DNA from: an uncultured delta proteobacterium
GTDB taxonomy: Bacteria > Myxococcota_A > Polyangia > Fen-1088
Length of the DNA: 64,000 nt
Reading direction: 5' to 3'
Assembly (NCBI GenBank): GCA_963767925.1
Contig: CAVYGB010000004.1
Span: forward strand, 84,371-148,370
In this document: one piece after another, positions 13,631 to 24,391 of the stretch
Layout of the letters: each line of letters begins with the position of its first letter
Numbering within the stretch: position 1 is the first letter of the stretch
Notes under the pieces: model-generated
The model's input: the letters and a program-made list of their open reading frames with translations, nothing else
The model's database searches: none
What the model was told of the DNA's origin: nothing
Translations under genes and position numbers: made by a program

Positions 13631-16072
13631 ATGGGGACCATCTGGGGAGACCTGCATCGGAGCTTCCGTGCTCTGGCCCGGAAGCCGCAATTCGCCGTCG
13701 TGGCGATCTTGACCCTGGCGCTGGGCCTGGGCGCGAACACGGCGATCTTCAGCGTGGTGCACGGGGTGCTGCTGCGGCCGCTCCCCGTCAGCGACGAGGA
13801 CCGCATCGTGGTGGCCTGGAAGCGCGATCCGGCGGCCAACAATCCCATGGTCGAGCTGTCGGTCGCGGAGTTCCTCGACTGGCAAGCGCAGAGTCGGAGC
13901 TTCGAATCCGTGGCCGCGATGCCCACGACCGTCTTCGGTTACGGGGTCGTGCTGGCCGGACGGGGCGAAGCGGTCCAGCTCGAGAGCCCCGACGTGAGCG
14001 GTCGGTTCTTCAGCTTGCTCGGCGCGCGCGCGGCCCTGGGGCGGGTCTTCCAGGACAGCGACGACCGCCCCGGCGCTGCCAGAGTCGTCGTGCTCAGCGA
14101 TCGAACCTGGCGCGAGCGGTTCGGCGCCGATCCCGACATCGTCGGGAAGTCGATCACCCTGACCGACAGGGTCCATACCGTCGTGGGGGTCATGCCCCCC
14201 GCGTTCCAGTTTCCGTCCGGGGCCGACATCTGGCGCCCGCTCACCGCCGGGATGCCACCGACCTTGCTGAAGAATCGAACGGCGGGGTGGCTGCAGATGG
14301 TGGGCAAGCTGCGGCCCGGCGTGACCGTGCAGGAGGCCGAGAGTGAGCTGGACGTGATCATCGGCCGGCTGCAGGCTGGCCAGCCCACCTCCAGCAGCCA
14401 GGTGCAGCGGGCGGTGGTCACGCCCCTGCGCCAGTACATCTTCGGCGACGTCACCCTGGCGCTGAAGCTGCTCTTCGCGGCGACCAGCTTGCTCCTCCTC
14501 ATTGCCTGCGCCAACGTCGCCAACCTGGTGCTGGCGCGGGCCGCCGATCGGCGCAAGCAGTTCGCGATCCAGGCCGCGCTCGGCGCTGGGCGCTGGCCCA
14601 TCGTGCGCCAGCTGCTCACGGAGAGCCTGGTGCTCGCGCTGCTCGGAGGGGCGCTGGGGGTGGGGCTAGCGGTGGTGACGGTGGACCTCATCGTCTCCCT
14701 CGCCACGCGAGACGTTCCGCGCATGAACGAGGTGCGGGTCAACGTCGAGGCGCTCGGCTTCAGCCTCGCCGCCGCTCTCCTCACCGCGGTCCTCTGCGGC
14801 CTGGCGCCAGCCATGACAGCTTCGCGGATCGACCTCAATGATTCGCTCCGTCGCGACAGCAACAAGATCGCGGGAGCACCGACGGGGAAACGCCTGCGGA
14901 GCGTCCTGGTGGTCGCCCAGGTCGCGCTGACCGTCGTCTTGCTGGCGGGCGCGGGCCTGATCCTCAGGAGCTTCGTCAACCTGACCCAGGTCGACCTTGG
15001 TTTCGACTCGGGGAACGTCCTGACCGCCCAGCTCCGGCTGAGGGGCGCCAGGTACCGCACCCCCGAGGCCAGGCGCGCGTTCCACCAGCAGCTCGTGGAG
15101 AGGATGCAGGCCCAGCCTGGCGTGGTGGCCGCCTCGGCGGTGTCCATCCGCCCGCTCGAGGGCTCGGTGGGCTTCGACTGGCCCTTCGTCCGCGAGGGGC
15201 AACGGCCCGACGAGGCCGAGCGCAATCCGGTCCCGAATCTGGAGGTCGTGACGCCCAGCCACTTCCAGACGTTCGGGGTGCCCATCAAGGCCGGCCGGGC
15301 CTTCAACGCCCAGGACACCGAGGCGAATCCGCCGGTGGTCATCGTCAGCGAGAGGATGGCGCGCGGGCTCTTTGGACCGGACGTCAATCCGATAGGCAAG
15401 CGCCTCCGACCGCGATCGGCCCGATCCGATGACCCCTGGCGCACGATCGTGGGCGTGGCGGGCGATGTCCGGCACCGCGAGCTGGTTGTCCTGGGCTGGG
15501 GGGTCTACGTTCCCCTGTTTCAGAGCACGATCCCGACCAACCACTTCGCCGTCCGCACCGCCGGCGACCCCGCCGCGTTCGTGGGGACACTGCGCCGCGA
15601 GGTGGCGATGCTGGATCCCAACCAGGCGGTGACCGACGTCAGCACGATGCAGGACCAGGTGGACAGGCAGCTCGCCCGGCCCCGCTTCATCGCGGTCCTG
15701 CTCAACTGGCTGTCGATCCTGGCCGTGCTCCTGGCCTCGATCGGAACCTACGGGGTCACGGTGCAGTCGGTGGTCCAGCGCCGGACCGAGATCGGCACCC
15801 GCATCGCGCTGGGGGCGCAGGCGCGGGACATTCTCCGCCTGGTGACCCGACACGCCTTGCGGCTGGTGGTGGTCGGCGTGGCCGCCGGCCTGGTGGGGGC
15901 CTTCCTGCTCACGCGGTTCATCCGCAGCCTGCTCTACGGGGTCAACGAGAACGATCCGCTCACCTTCCTGGGCATCGTGATCGTCCTGGGGGCAGTCACC
16001 CTGCTGGCCTGCTGGATCCCCGGCCGGCAGGCCACCCGGGTCGATCCGATGGTCGCCATGCGCGGCGACTGA
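13631..16072 (+). CDS. Duplicated MacB/FtsX-type ABC permease (ADOP-like)
   Basis: LALGLGANTAIFS, LLIACANVANL, RVDPMVAMR; no ATPase gene adjacent. Confidence 0.92.
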   Translation: MGTIWGDLHRSFRALARKPQFAVVAILTLALGLGANTAIFSVVHGVLLRPLPVSDEDRIVVAWKRDPAANNPMVELSVAEFLDWQAQSRSFESVAAMPTTVFGYGVVLAGRGEAVQLESPDVSGRFFSLLGARAALGRVFQDSDDRPGAARVVVLSDRTWRERFGADPDIVGKSITLTDRVHTVVGVMPPAFQFPSGADIWRPLTAGMPPTLLKNRTAGWLQMVGKLRPGVTVQEAESELDVIIGRLQAGQPTSSSQVQRAVVTPLRQYIFGDVTLALKLLFAATSLLLLIACANVANLVLARAADRRKQFAIQAALGAGRWPIVRQLLTESLVLALLGGALGVGLAVVTVDLIVSLATRDVPRMNEVRVNVEALGFSLAAALLTAVLCGLAPAMTASRIDLNDSLRRDSNKIAGAPTGKRLRSVLVVAQVALTVVLLAGAGLILRSFVNLTQVDLGFDSGNVLTAQLRLRGARYRTPEARRAFHQQLVERMQAQPGVVAASAVSIRPLEGSVGFDWPFVREGQRPDEAERNPVPNLEVVTPSHFQTFGVPIKAGRAFNAQDTEANPPVVIVSERMARGLFGPDVNPIGKRLRPRSARSDDPWRTIVGVAGDVRHRELVVLGWGVYVPLFQSTIPTNHFAVRTAGDPAAFVGTLRREVAMLDPNQAVTDVSTMQDQVDRQLARPRFIAVLLNWLSILAVLLASIGTYGVTVQSVVQRRTEIGTRIALGAQARDILRLVTRHALRLVVVGVAAGLVGAFLLTRFIRSLLYGVNENDPLTFLGIVIVLGAVTLLACWIPGRQATRVDPMVAMRGD

Positions 16073-16103
16073 TCTCACGGTCCAGGCTGGCGGTCCGGGG
16101 AAG

Positions 16104-18375
16104 GTGAGGTCCGCGGTCGGCCCGGGCGCCGCTCACCTCTCCATTTCCTCGCCCCGTGCCCAGTTGCTGGTGACGCGCGAGGGCTGGACCCGTGTCGGCG
16201 CCCAGGCGCTGCGCGCGGCGGGGCTCGCGCAGGTGGACCCCCGCCGGATGCAGCTTTACCGGGGCGGCCAGAAGATCCCGATGCGCGTGATCGGCGACGA
16301 GGATGGCCGTCTCGACGACGGCGATGTGGTCGAGTTCTACGCCACCGCGAGCGACACGCCCTGGAGCGCCGCCCGCACCCACTGGCTGGCCCCCGCGCCC
16401 GCCGGCGCGCCGCCGCTGCGGTTGCCAGCCCCCGCGGCGGCTCCTGTCCCCGCCGCGCGTGCGGTGGACAGCGGCTGGACGGTGCTGGAGCGCGCCGACC
16501 GCACCGTCTACGCGGCCGCGGTCAGGAACGGCGAGGCCGACAACTTCTTCACCGGGGTCGTCACCGGCCGGCCGAGCGATCAGCTCTTCACGCTGTCGGC
16601 GCTCGACCGCGTCGCCCACGACCCGGGCAGCCTGACGGTGAGCCTGCGCGGTGCCACCCTGGCCGCGCACCGGGTGCGCGTGGCGATCAACGACCACGAG
16701 CTGGGCGTGATGACCTTCGCTGACCAGAAGGCGGTCAGCACGACTTTCCCGGTGCCCACCGATCGGCTGATCGAGGGGGAAAACCGGGTGACCCTCACCT
16801 CGGAGCTGGGCGCCATCGACGTCGGCCTGATCGAATCGATCCGGCTGCGCCACCGGCGGCGGCTGGTGGCCGAGCGCGATGCCCTGGCGTTCACCGCGCA
16901 GGGGGAGGACGGCGCGACCAGCAGCGGCTTCTCCGCCGGCGACATCCGGATCGTCGACGTCACGGACCCCGACGCGCCCTTCGAGCTGCCGGTGGCGGTG
17001 GCGCCGGGCGCGAACGGCTACGCGGCGACCGTGACGGTGAGGGCGCCCGCTGGCGGTGGGTCGACGCGCAGCCTGCTGGCCTTCCGGGACGGGGCGGTGC
17101 CAGCGCCGTCCGCGGTGGTCGAGAACGCGCCGTCGCGGCTGCCGACCAGCACCGCCGCGGCCGAGCTGCTGATTTCTCGCCCCCGCCGCGCTGTTGCCGC
17201 TGGCCGAGCCCCTGCGCGCGCGCCGGGCCGCCGACGGCTGGCGGGTCGCGCTTGTCGACGTGCAGGACGTCTACGACGAGCTGAGCTGCGGCGATCGCAG
17301 CCCGCTGGCCATCCGCGAGTACCTGCGCGCGATCCGGGCCGCCGGACAGGGGGGAGGGCGATACGCCCTGCTGATCGGCGGGGCCAGCTTCGATCCGCGC
17401 GATCACCTCACCCTCGGTGGGCACGACTTCATCCCCACGCCGCTGCGCGAGACCACCACCATCGAGACCGCATCGGACGATTGGTACGGCGACCTGGACG
17501 GCGACGACGTCCCCGAGATCGCCATCGGCTGCCTGCCCGCCGCCAGCGCCGAGGACGCGCGCGTCCAGATCGCCAAGCTGGTCGGATACCGTGGCCGGCC
17601 AGGGGACCCGGGATGGCAGCGTCAGGCGCTGCTGATCGCCGGCCACCCCGACGGCTGGAACTTTGCCGCCGCCTCGGATGCCATCCGCGGCGTCCTGCCG
17701 CCAGGAATGGAGCCCTCGGCCTTCTACGCAGTCGGCGACAGTCGACCGAGCGCGCCCACCGCCCCAGCTCCCGAGCTCCTGGCGCGCCTCCGGGCGGGCG
17801 CGGGCCTGGTCAACTTTGCGGGCCACGGCTCGGTGACCGAGTGGGCCGGCACGCTCACCGCCGCGCAGGCGCACGACCTGGACAACGGCGATCGCCTGCC
17901 GGTGGTGGCTGCCATGACCTGCCTGAGCGGACTGTTCCAGGATCCGAGGCAGCCGAGCCTGGGCCAGGCCTTGCTGTCTGCCCCGGGCGGCGGAGCGATC
18001 GCCGTGTGGGCCTCCAGCGCCTCCCCGGACGCGCGTCAGCAGGCCACCGCCAACGAGGCCTTCGTCCGCGCGCTGGCCACCTCCTCTCTGGGCGCCGCCG
18101 TTCAGGCCGCCAAGCGTGCCGTCACCGACCGCGACCTGCGACGCAGCTTCGTCCTGCTCGGCGATCCCACCCTGTTCGGCGCGCCCTCCCCAGCTCCACC
18201 TTCCGGCGCCGGGCCCCCGAGCGCCCCCGGCGGACCCGCCCCAGTCGGCAGCAACGGCTGCGCCGTGGCTGGCCCGGGCTCCCCAGGTGCATCTCTGGCC
18301 CTCCTCGTCACCGCCCTGGGTGCCCTCCGGCGCAGCTTCAGGCGCTGGGCTGGGCGTGCGACGGTAAATCCGTGA
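16104..18375 (+). CDS. C25 (gingipain-like) cysteine peptidase with MYXO-CTERM-like tail; frameshift near 17180, no clear N-terminus
   Basis: DVQDVYDE, ASDDWYGDLDGDDVPEIAIG, NFAGHGS (His), AMTCLSG (Cys), LLGDP; tail GCAVA-hydrophobic-RR. Confidence 0.8.
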
Positions 18376-21300
18376 GGCGGCGGGCGATGCGTTCGCCCAT
18401 GACGTTGGGGATGCGTTCGCCGGCGCTGAGGGCCTCGCGCCACCAGCGGCGGGCGCCCTCCAGGTCGCCGCGCTCGCGGGCGGCCAGGCCGGCCATCTCC
18501 AGCACCTCGATCAGCTCCTGGCCCTGGGCCACCGAGCGGGCCCGGGCCATCAGCGACTCCCAGCGGGGGGCGCTGGCGTGGCCGATCACGAGGTCGATCA
18601 TGTCGAGCAACATCTCGTCGTTGGGCTGCAAGAGCAGCTCGTTGTTGGCCTCCGTCCGCACGGCCGCCTGCTGCGCCCGCACCTCGGCCACCAGCTTGGC
18701 CGCCCCCGGCGCGTCGCCCTGGCCCCAGAGGATGCGGGCCAGCAGCACCGCTCCGTCGGGGCGGAAGCCGCCCTGGCGGAAGTACTGGGCGTCGATCTCG
18801 ATCATGCGCCGGGCGAAGGGCTCGGCCGCCGCGTGTTCGGCGCGCCAGTACAGATAATAGGCGCTGTTGAGGTTGGCGTTGCGCTCGAGGTTGACGTTGC
18901 CCATCCGGCGGGCGTACGAGGACACCCGCCGGTTGTCCTCCATGAAGCGCTCGCGGTCGTTGCGGGCGATGGCCAGACAGGAGCGGTTGTTCCACATGGC
19001 GGCCAGGTGCAGCTCGTCTCCCTTGGCGCTGGCCAGCCCCTCGACCTTGTCGAGCTGCTCCTGCGCCTCGTCGAGCCGGCCCAGAAAAGGGAGCAGGAAC
19101 CCCAGCAACAGGCCGGCCGTCACCTGCACCTCGTAGCCGTCGTCGCCGCTCTCCTCGCCCAGCTTCTCCGCCTGGCGCAGCAGATCGATGGCCTCCTGGT
19201 CCTGGTTGAAGCGGTGAAACGACCGCCCCACCGCCAGCAGCACCCGGGCCTGCAGCGGTGGGGCCTCGAGCCCACGAACCAGCTCCTGGGCCAGGCAGGC
19301 CAGATCGCGCGAGCGGTGCCACTCGAAGGCCCAGTCGAGGGCCATCGACTCGTCGAGCATGACGTCGGCCTGGGTGGCGGCGTCGCCGATGCGCACCGCC
19401 AGCTCCTCGGCCGCCGAGAGGTCCTCGATCGAGCCGCCGTAGCGGTTGAGCCGGTAGCGCATGATGCCCCGGCCCTTGTGGGCCTGCAGGCGGCGGTCCT
19501 CCTCGTTCTCCTCCAGGTGGCTCAGCGCGTGGGTGTAGAGAAGGTCGGCCTCGAGGTAGTTGTGCAGCTCGCGGGTGGCCTCGGCGAGGTACATGTACAT
19601 GGTCGAGGCCAGCAGGCGCTCGCCGGCCTGGGCGGCGTGCCAGGCCACCCGGGGCAGGCGGATGGGCTGGGGCAACGAGGCGGTCCGGTAATACTCCAGG
19701 GCGGCCCGGTGGATCAGGATGGCCTGGGCGCTGGCCACCGTCTTGGCCACCGCCTCGCGCAAGATGGCGTTGCGGAAGCTGTAGCGGCCGCTGCGGTGCT
19801 GGACCAGCAGCCGCATCTGGCGCAGGCGCTCGAGCCCCACCCGGGCGTCCATGGGGAAGGCCTCGGCCAGCTCGCGGTCCATGTTGTCGAGGACGCCCTG
19901 CACCTCCTCGACGGTGATCTCCGCCGAGAGCAGGGCCAACAGGCGGGCGTGGGCCGCCAGGTCGGCCGAGAGCTGGTCGAGCTCCCGCCCGGCGATCCAC
20001 TCGACCAGCGGCGACTCGGGCAGCCGATCGATGACCTCGGTGGCAACGTAGGAGACGCCGCCCACCTGGGTGCGCACCAGCCCCTCGCTGCGCAGCCCGC
20101 GCACGAGATCGATGAGGAACAGGGGGATGGCCTGGGCCCGCTCCACCAGCCGGCGGATGACCGGCTCGGGCACGTTGCTCGCGGGGTGCAGGAGCTGGCG
20201 GGTCAGCTCGGCCGCCCCGTCGGGGTCGAGGGGGCCCAGCCGCTCGACGTGGGCGTGGCTGGCCCGCTGGCCCCAGGTGGGGCGGCTGTCGGCGAAGCTC
20301 GGGCGCCCGAAGGCGCACACCCAGAACGGCAGCTCCGACACGGTGGCCTGCTCGATGGCGTCCAGCAGGGCGTCGTCGGCCCAGTGCACGTCGTCGAGCA
20401 CCACCAGCACCGGGCGCCGGGTGGCCAGCCGGCGCAGGGCCTCCAGCCCGGCGCGGGCCATGTTGGCCCGGAGGACGCCGGGGGCCGCCCGCAGGGCGGT
20501 GATGGCGGGGTGGTCGCGCTCGATCCATCCCAGCAACAAGGCGGCGCCGGCGTAGGTCTCCTTGGCCAGCTCGCCCAGCCGCTCGCTCAGCAGCTCGCGC
20601 CCGCCGTCGATCGGGCGCCCGGGGGGCAGCTCGAGCGCCCGCCGCAGCAGCTCGGCGAAGGTCTCGTCGCGGTCGCTGCCGAGCGGCTCGCGCGCGCGCA
20701 GCTCGATCACCTCGGCCCCCGGGAGGCGGGCCCGCAGCACCCGGGCCAGCTCGAAGGCGATGCGTGTCTTGCCGAGGCCGGCGTCGGCCAGCACGCTGGC
20801 CACCCGCGGGCGCCAGTCGGCCAGCGCCGTGCTGGCCTCGGTCACCAGGGCGCGCAGGGTGCTGGCCCGGCCCACCAGGGGCGCGGCCGCGTCCTGCATG
20901 ACCGTGCGCGACTGGACGTCGTCGCTGGTCGAGCCGCCCAGCACGAAGCGATCGGGCCGTCCCGGCAGGGCCTCGCTCGGGACCGAGGGGAGCAGGGCGC
21001 AGGCCGCCGCCGACAGCAAGATGCCCGGCGGGTCATCGACCCGCGGGTAGCGCCCCGGCTCGGTGAACATCGGCGAGAACAGCCGGGGCAGGCCGCCCGG
21101 GCGGGGCTTGCTGGCCACCGTGCCGACGTCGATGATCACCCGCTCGACAAGGCTCTTGGCCACCAGCGCCTCGGCGGCGGCCAGGGCCCGGTGTCCGGGG
21201 TTGTCGCCCGCCCGGTGGGTGAAGGCGCAGGCCACCAGCTCGGGCTGGGCGTGGGCGAGCTGGCCCCCGAAGGGCTCGAGCGCCGCCTGCATCTCGACGC

Positions 21301-22357
21301 CCGAGACGTGCAGCCCCTGCCCGAACAGCAGGACCACCTTCTGCCGCTCGCTCCCCCGCAGCACCACCACCTTCGTGGAGTGGGGGGTGGGGGTGGGCGG
21401 CCCGGGCGCCCAGCGGGTGGGGGCGGGCGGTCCCTCGGGCAGATCGGACAGCGCCTGCTCGAAGGCGGCGCTCAGCGCCCCCGCGTCGGGGTAGCGGCTG
21501 GCGGGGGCCTTGTTCAGGCAGCGCAGGATGAGGTCCTCGAGCGCCCCGGGCACGCGGGCGAAGCGCGACGGGCGGGGCGGGCGAAAGGAGAGGTGGGCGT
21601 ACTCCAGCTCGCGCCGCTCGCCGGTGAAGGGCAGGCGCAAGGTGGCCAGCTCGAACAGCATCACCCCCAGCGAATAGACGTCCGAGCGGGGATCGGCGGC
21701 CGCCCCCGAGATCTGCTCGGGGGCCATGTACTCCGGCGTCCCCGCCCCCGGGCCGGTCGAGGTGTGGTCCTGGGCGGGCGCCCGGCTGGGCCGCGACAGC
21801 CCGAAGTCCATGATCTTGCAGCCCACCTTGCTGCCTTCTCCGACCAGGAAGACGTTCTCCGGCTTGAAGTCGCGGTGGATCACCTCGAGATCGTGCAGGG
21901 CGGTCGCGCTCTGCAACAGGGACCGCCCGATGGCCCGCACCTCGGGCAGCGAGGGCACCCCCGGCCAGCGCTCCATCTCCTCGGCCAGGGTGCGGCCGAA
22001 CAGGCGCTCCATGGCCAGGAAGGGGCGCCCGTCGGGCAACACGCCGCTGCCCTTGACCTGGGGGACGTGGGGCGGGCCCACCCGCATCATCACCGCCGCC
22101 TCGCGCTCGAGCTTCGATCGGGCCGAGGGATCGCGGGCGTGCCCCACCTTGACCGCGACGCGCTCTCCCCCGATGTCCGCGCCGTCCCACACCGCTCCGA
22201 ACCCGCCCGTGCCCAGCAGGGCGTCGGTGGAGAAGCCCGGGACCTGCGGGCGGCCCGGGGGCGCGCTCGACGGCGGCCCCGCGGGCGCGATGCCCCCATC
22301 CTCGGGACAGCGAGCGGCCGGCGGCAACCTACGGTGGCAGGTCGAACATCGTGCCAT
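18338..22357 (-). CDS. Large Ser/Thr kinase - AAA ATPase - TPR protein
   Basis: GTGGFG, VAVK, HRDFKPEN, DFG; LVGR and ADAGLGKT P-loop; LDDVHWAD Walker B; helical C-terminus. Confidence 0.92.
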   Translation of the reverse strand: MARCSTCHRRLPPAARCPEDGGIAPAGPPSSAPPGRPQVPGFSTDALLGTGGFGAVWDGADIGGERVAVKVGHARDPSARSKLEREAAVMMRVGPPHVPQVKGSGVLPDGRPFLAMERLFGRTLAEEMERWPGVPSLPEVRAIGRSLLQSATALHDLEVIHRDFKPENVFLVGEGSKVGCKIMDFGLSRPSRAPAQDHTSTGPGAGTPEYMAPEQISGAAADPRSDVYSLGVMLFELATLRLPFTGERRELEYAHLSFRPPRPSRFARVPGALEDLILRCLNKAPASRYPDAGALSAAFEQALSDLPEGPPAPTRWAPGPPTPTPHSTKVVVLRGSERQKVVLLFGQGLHVSGVEMQAALEPFGGQLAHAQPELVACAFTHRAGDNPGHRALAAAEALVAKSLVERVIIDVGTVASKPRPGGLPRLFSPMFTEPGRYPRVDDPPGILLSAAACALLPSVPSEALPGRPDRFVLGGSTSDDVQSRTVMQDAAAPLVGRASTLRALVTEASTALADWRPRVASVLADAGLGKTRIAFELARVLRARLPGAEVIELRAREPLGSDRDETFAELLRRALELPPGRPIDGGRELLSERLGELAKETYAGAALLLGWIERDHPAITALRAAPGVLRANMARAGLEALRRLATRRPVLVVLDDVHWADDALLDAIEQATVSELPFWVCAFGRPSFADSRPTWGQRASHAHVERLGPLDPDGAAELTRQLLHPASNVPEPVIRRLVERAQAIPLFLIDLVRGLRSEGLVRTQVGGVSYVATEVIDRLPESPLVEWIAGRELDQLSADLAAHARLLALLSAEITVEEVQGVLDNMDRELAEAFPMDARVGLERLRQMRLLVQHRSGRYSFRNAILREAVAKTVASAQAILIHRAALEYYRTASLPQPIRLPRVAWHAAQAGERLLASTMYMYLAEATRELHNYLEADLLYTHALSHLEENEEDRRLQAHKGRGIMRYRLNRYGGSIEDLSAAEELAVRIGDAATQADVMLDESMALDWAFEWHRSRDLACLAQELVRGLEAPPLQARVLLAVGRSFHRFNQDQEAIDLLRQAEKLGEESGDDGYEVQVTAGLLLGFLLPFLGRLDEAQEQLDKVEGLASAKGDELHLAAMWNNRSCLAIARNDRERFMEDNRRVSSYARRMGNVNLERNANLNSAYYLYWRAEHAAAEPFARRMIEIDAQYFRQGGFRPDGAVLLARILWGQGDAPGAAKLVAEVRAQQAAVRTEANNELLLQPNDEMLLDMIDLVIGHASAPRWESLMARARSVAQGQELIEVLEMAGLAARERGDLEGARRWWREALSAGERIPNVMGERIARRLTDLPSHAQPSA

Positions 22358-22548
22358 CGGGGGCTACCGCCGCCTCCCGCTTCCCGTGCCGCTCCACACC
22401 TGCGCCATACCCGTGCGCCGTACCGAGACGGCGTCCCGTTCATGCTACCACGCCGATCGGACGAGGTGGGCAGGGGAGGCGCGCGCCGATCGGAAACGGT
22501 GAGCGACAGGGCGCTTGCCACCCGCTGCGATTGGGCGACTCTCCCCAT

Positions 22549-24336
22549 ATGGACCCACACCCGCCGGACGTCGTCCCCAACGTCGTACCACCCGGCTCGC
22601 CGCCCGCGGTGCCACCGACCGGGCCCGCCCCCGCCGCGGACGATCCGGGCGCGCCCGACTTCACCGCCCGGGCGGTGCTGGTCGGCCTGCTCATCGGCGC
22701 GATGCTGGCGATGGGCAACGTCTACATGGGCCTCAAGAGCAACTGGTGGGACAGCGGCAACGTCACCGCCGCCATCCTCGGCTTCGCCCTGTGCGCCCGC
22801 GCCGGGCGGACCCGGGGCCGCCGCTACTCGCTGCTCGAGAACAACATCACCCAGACCACCGCCAGCGCCGCCGCGGTCATCCCCGCCACCATGGGCCTGC
22901 TGGGGGCCTTGCCCGCCCTCGAGATGGCCGGCTACCGCTACTCGGGCCTGGCGCTGGTCGCCTGGGGCATGGCCCTGGCCCTGTTCGGGATCCTGCTGGC
23001 CCGCCCGCTGCGCGAGCGCTACGTGATCAGACAGCCGCTGCCCTTCCCGAGCGGCATCGCCACCGCCGAGGTGATGCAGGCGATCCACGCCTCCTCCGCC
23101 GACGCCCGCCAGCGCACCCGGGTGGTCCTGCTGGTGGGCCTGCTGGCCCTGGCCCTCACCTGGTTCCGCGACGGCCGTCCGGCGGTGATCCCGGGCGTGA
23201 TCTGGCTGCCGCTCGAGCTGGCGGGGGCCAGCGCCATGGCCCTCACCCTCGGCGTCGGCGTGAGCCCGGCCCTGCTGAGCGCCGGCGTGCTGGCGGGCGG
23301 GCGGGCCGGCATCAGCCTGCTGGCCGGGGCGGTGATCGCCTGGGTCCTGCTGGGGCCCGCGCTGGTCCGGGCGGGCTTCGCCCAGGCCGACTACACCTCG
23401 CTCGTCGCCTGGTTGCTCTGGCCGGGCATGGCCCTCATGGTCGCCGCCGGCCTCGTCGCGCTGGCCCTGCGCTGGCGGGACTTCGCCGGCGCGCTGTCGG
23501 GCGTGCGCCGGCTGCGCGCCTCGCCCGGCGCGCCCCGCGGAGGCGGGTGGGCGGTTGTCGCCGCCGGGGCGGCGGTGGTGCTGCTCGGCTGGCTGGTGTT
23601 CGGCGTGCACCCCGCCCTCGGTGCCGCCTCGGTTGTCGTGTCGATCGCCCTGATCGACGTCTGCGTCCGCACCACCGGCGAGACCGACATCGTCCCGGCC
23701 GGGCAGCTCGGTCAGCTCGCCCAGCTCGTGCTGGCCCTGCTGGCCCCCGGCCGCGCCCCGGTCAACATGGCCTGCGCCCAGGTGGCCGCCGGCGCCGGCG
23801 TCCAGGCGGCCCTCACGGTCAGCGTCCTGAAGACCGGGCACCTGATCGGCGCCGACCCCCGCCGGCAGCTCCGGGCCCAGGTGCTGGGCGCCCTGGCCGG
23901 CCTCATCGTGGCCTTGCCGGCCTACGTCCTCATCAAGCGGGCCTACGGCCTCGGCAGCGCGGTCCTGCCTGCCCCCGGCGCCCTCGGCTGGAAGGCCCTC
24001 GCGGAGCTGTCGGAGAACGGCACCGCCGCCCTGCCTGGCGGGGCCGGCCTGGCCTGCGCGGTGGCCGCCGCCCTCGGGATCGTCCTCTCCCTGCTCGAGC
24101 GCACCCGTGCCGGCCGCTTCGTCCCGTCCCCCTTCGCCCTGGCCGCGGCCTTCCTGCTGCCCGCCACCACCTCGGTCACCATCGCCCTGGGGGGCCTGCT
24201 CTGGCTGGCCCTGTCGCGCCGCAACCCCGCCGGCGCCGAGCGCTACGCCGCCTCCGCCGCCGCCGGGGGCATCGCCGGCGAGTCGCTGATGGCCTTCGCC
24301 ATCGGCGCCCTCACCGTCGCGGGCGTCTTCGGCTGA
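22549..24336 (+). CDS. OPT/YSL family oligopeptide transporter
   Basis: FTARAV, NVYMGLK, LENNITQT, LPFPSGIATA, KTGHLIGADPRRQ. Confidence 0.9.
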   Translation: MDPHPPDVVPNVVPPGSPPAVPPTGPAPAADDPGAPDFTARAVLVGLLIGAMLAMGNVYMGLKSNWWDSGNVTAAILGFALCARAGRTRGRRYSLLENNITQTTASAAAVIPATMGLLGALPALEMAGYRYSGLALVAWGMALALFGILLARPLRERYVIRQPLPFPSGIATAEVMQAIHASSADARQRTRVVLLVGLLALALTWFRDGRPAVIPGVIWLPLELAGASAMALTLGVGVSPALLSAGVLAGGRAGISLLAGAVIAWVLLGPALVRAGFAQADYTSLVAWLLWPGMALMVAAGLVALALRWRDFAGALSGVRRLRASPGAPRGGGWAVVAAGAAVVLLGWLVFGVHPALGAASVVVSIALIDVCVRTTGETDIVPAGQLGQLAQLVLALLAPGRAPVNMACAQVAAGAGVQAALTVSVLKTGHLIGADPRRQLRAQVLGALAGLIVALPAYVLIKRAYGLGSAVLPAPGALGWKALAELSENGTAALPGGAGLACAVAAALGIVLSLLERTRAGRFVPSPFALAAAFLLPATTSVTIALGGLLWLALSRRNPAGAERYAASAAAGGIAGESLMAFAIGALTVAGVFG

Positions 24337-24391
24337 TACCCGCGCCCTGACACCGGCTCGCCGCTTCGGGTAAAATCAGCCCCCGCTCACC

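Noticed and set aside
18578..23026. 1482-aa plus-strand ORF and similar long ORFs (30122-33208, 24481-27162, 277-1605)
   Set aside because: Antisense or off-frame shadows of recognisable genes in high-GC DNA.
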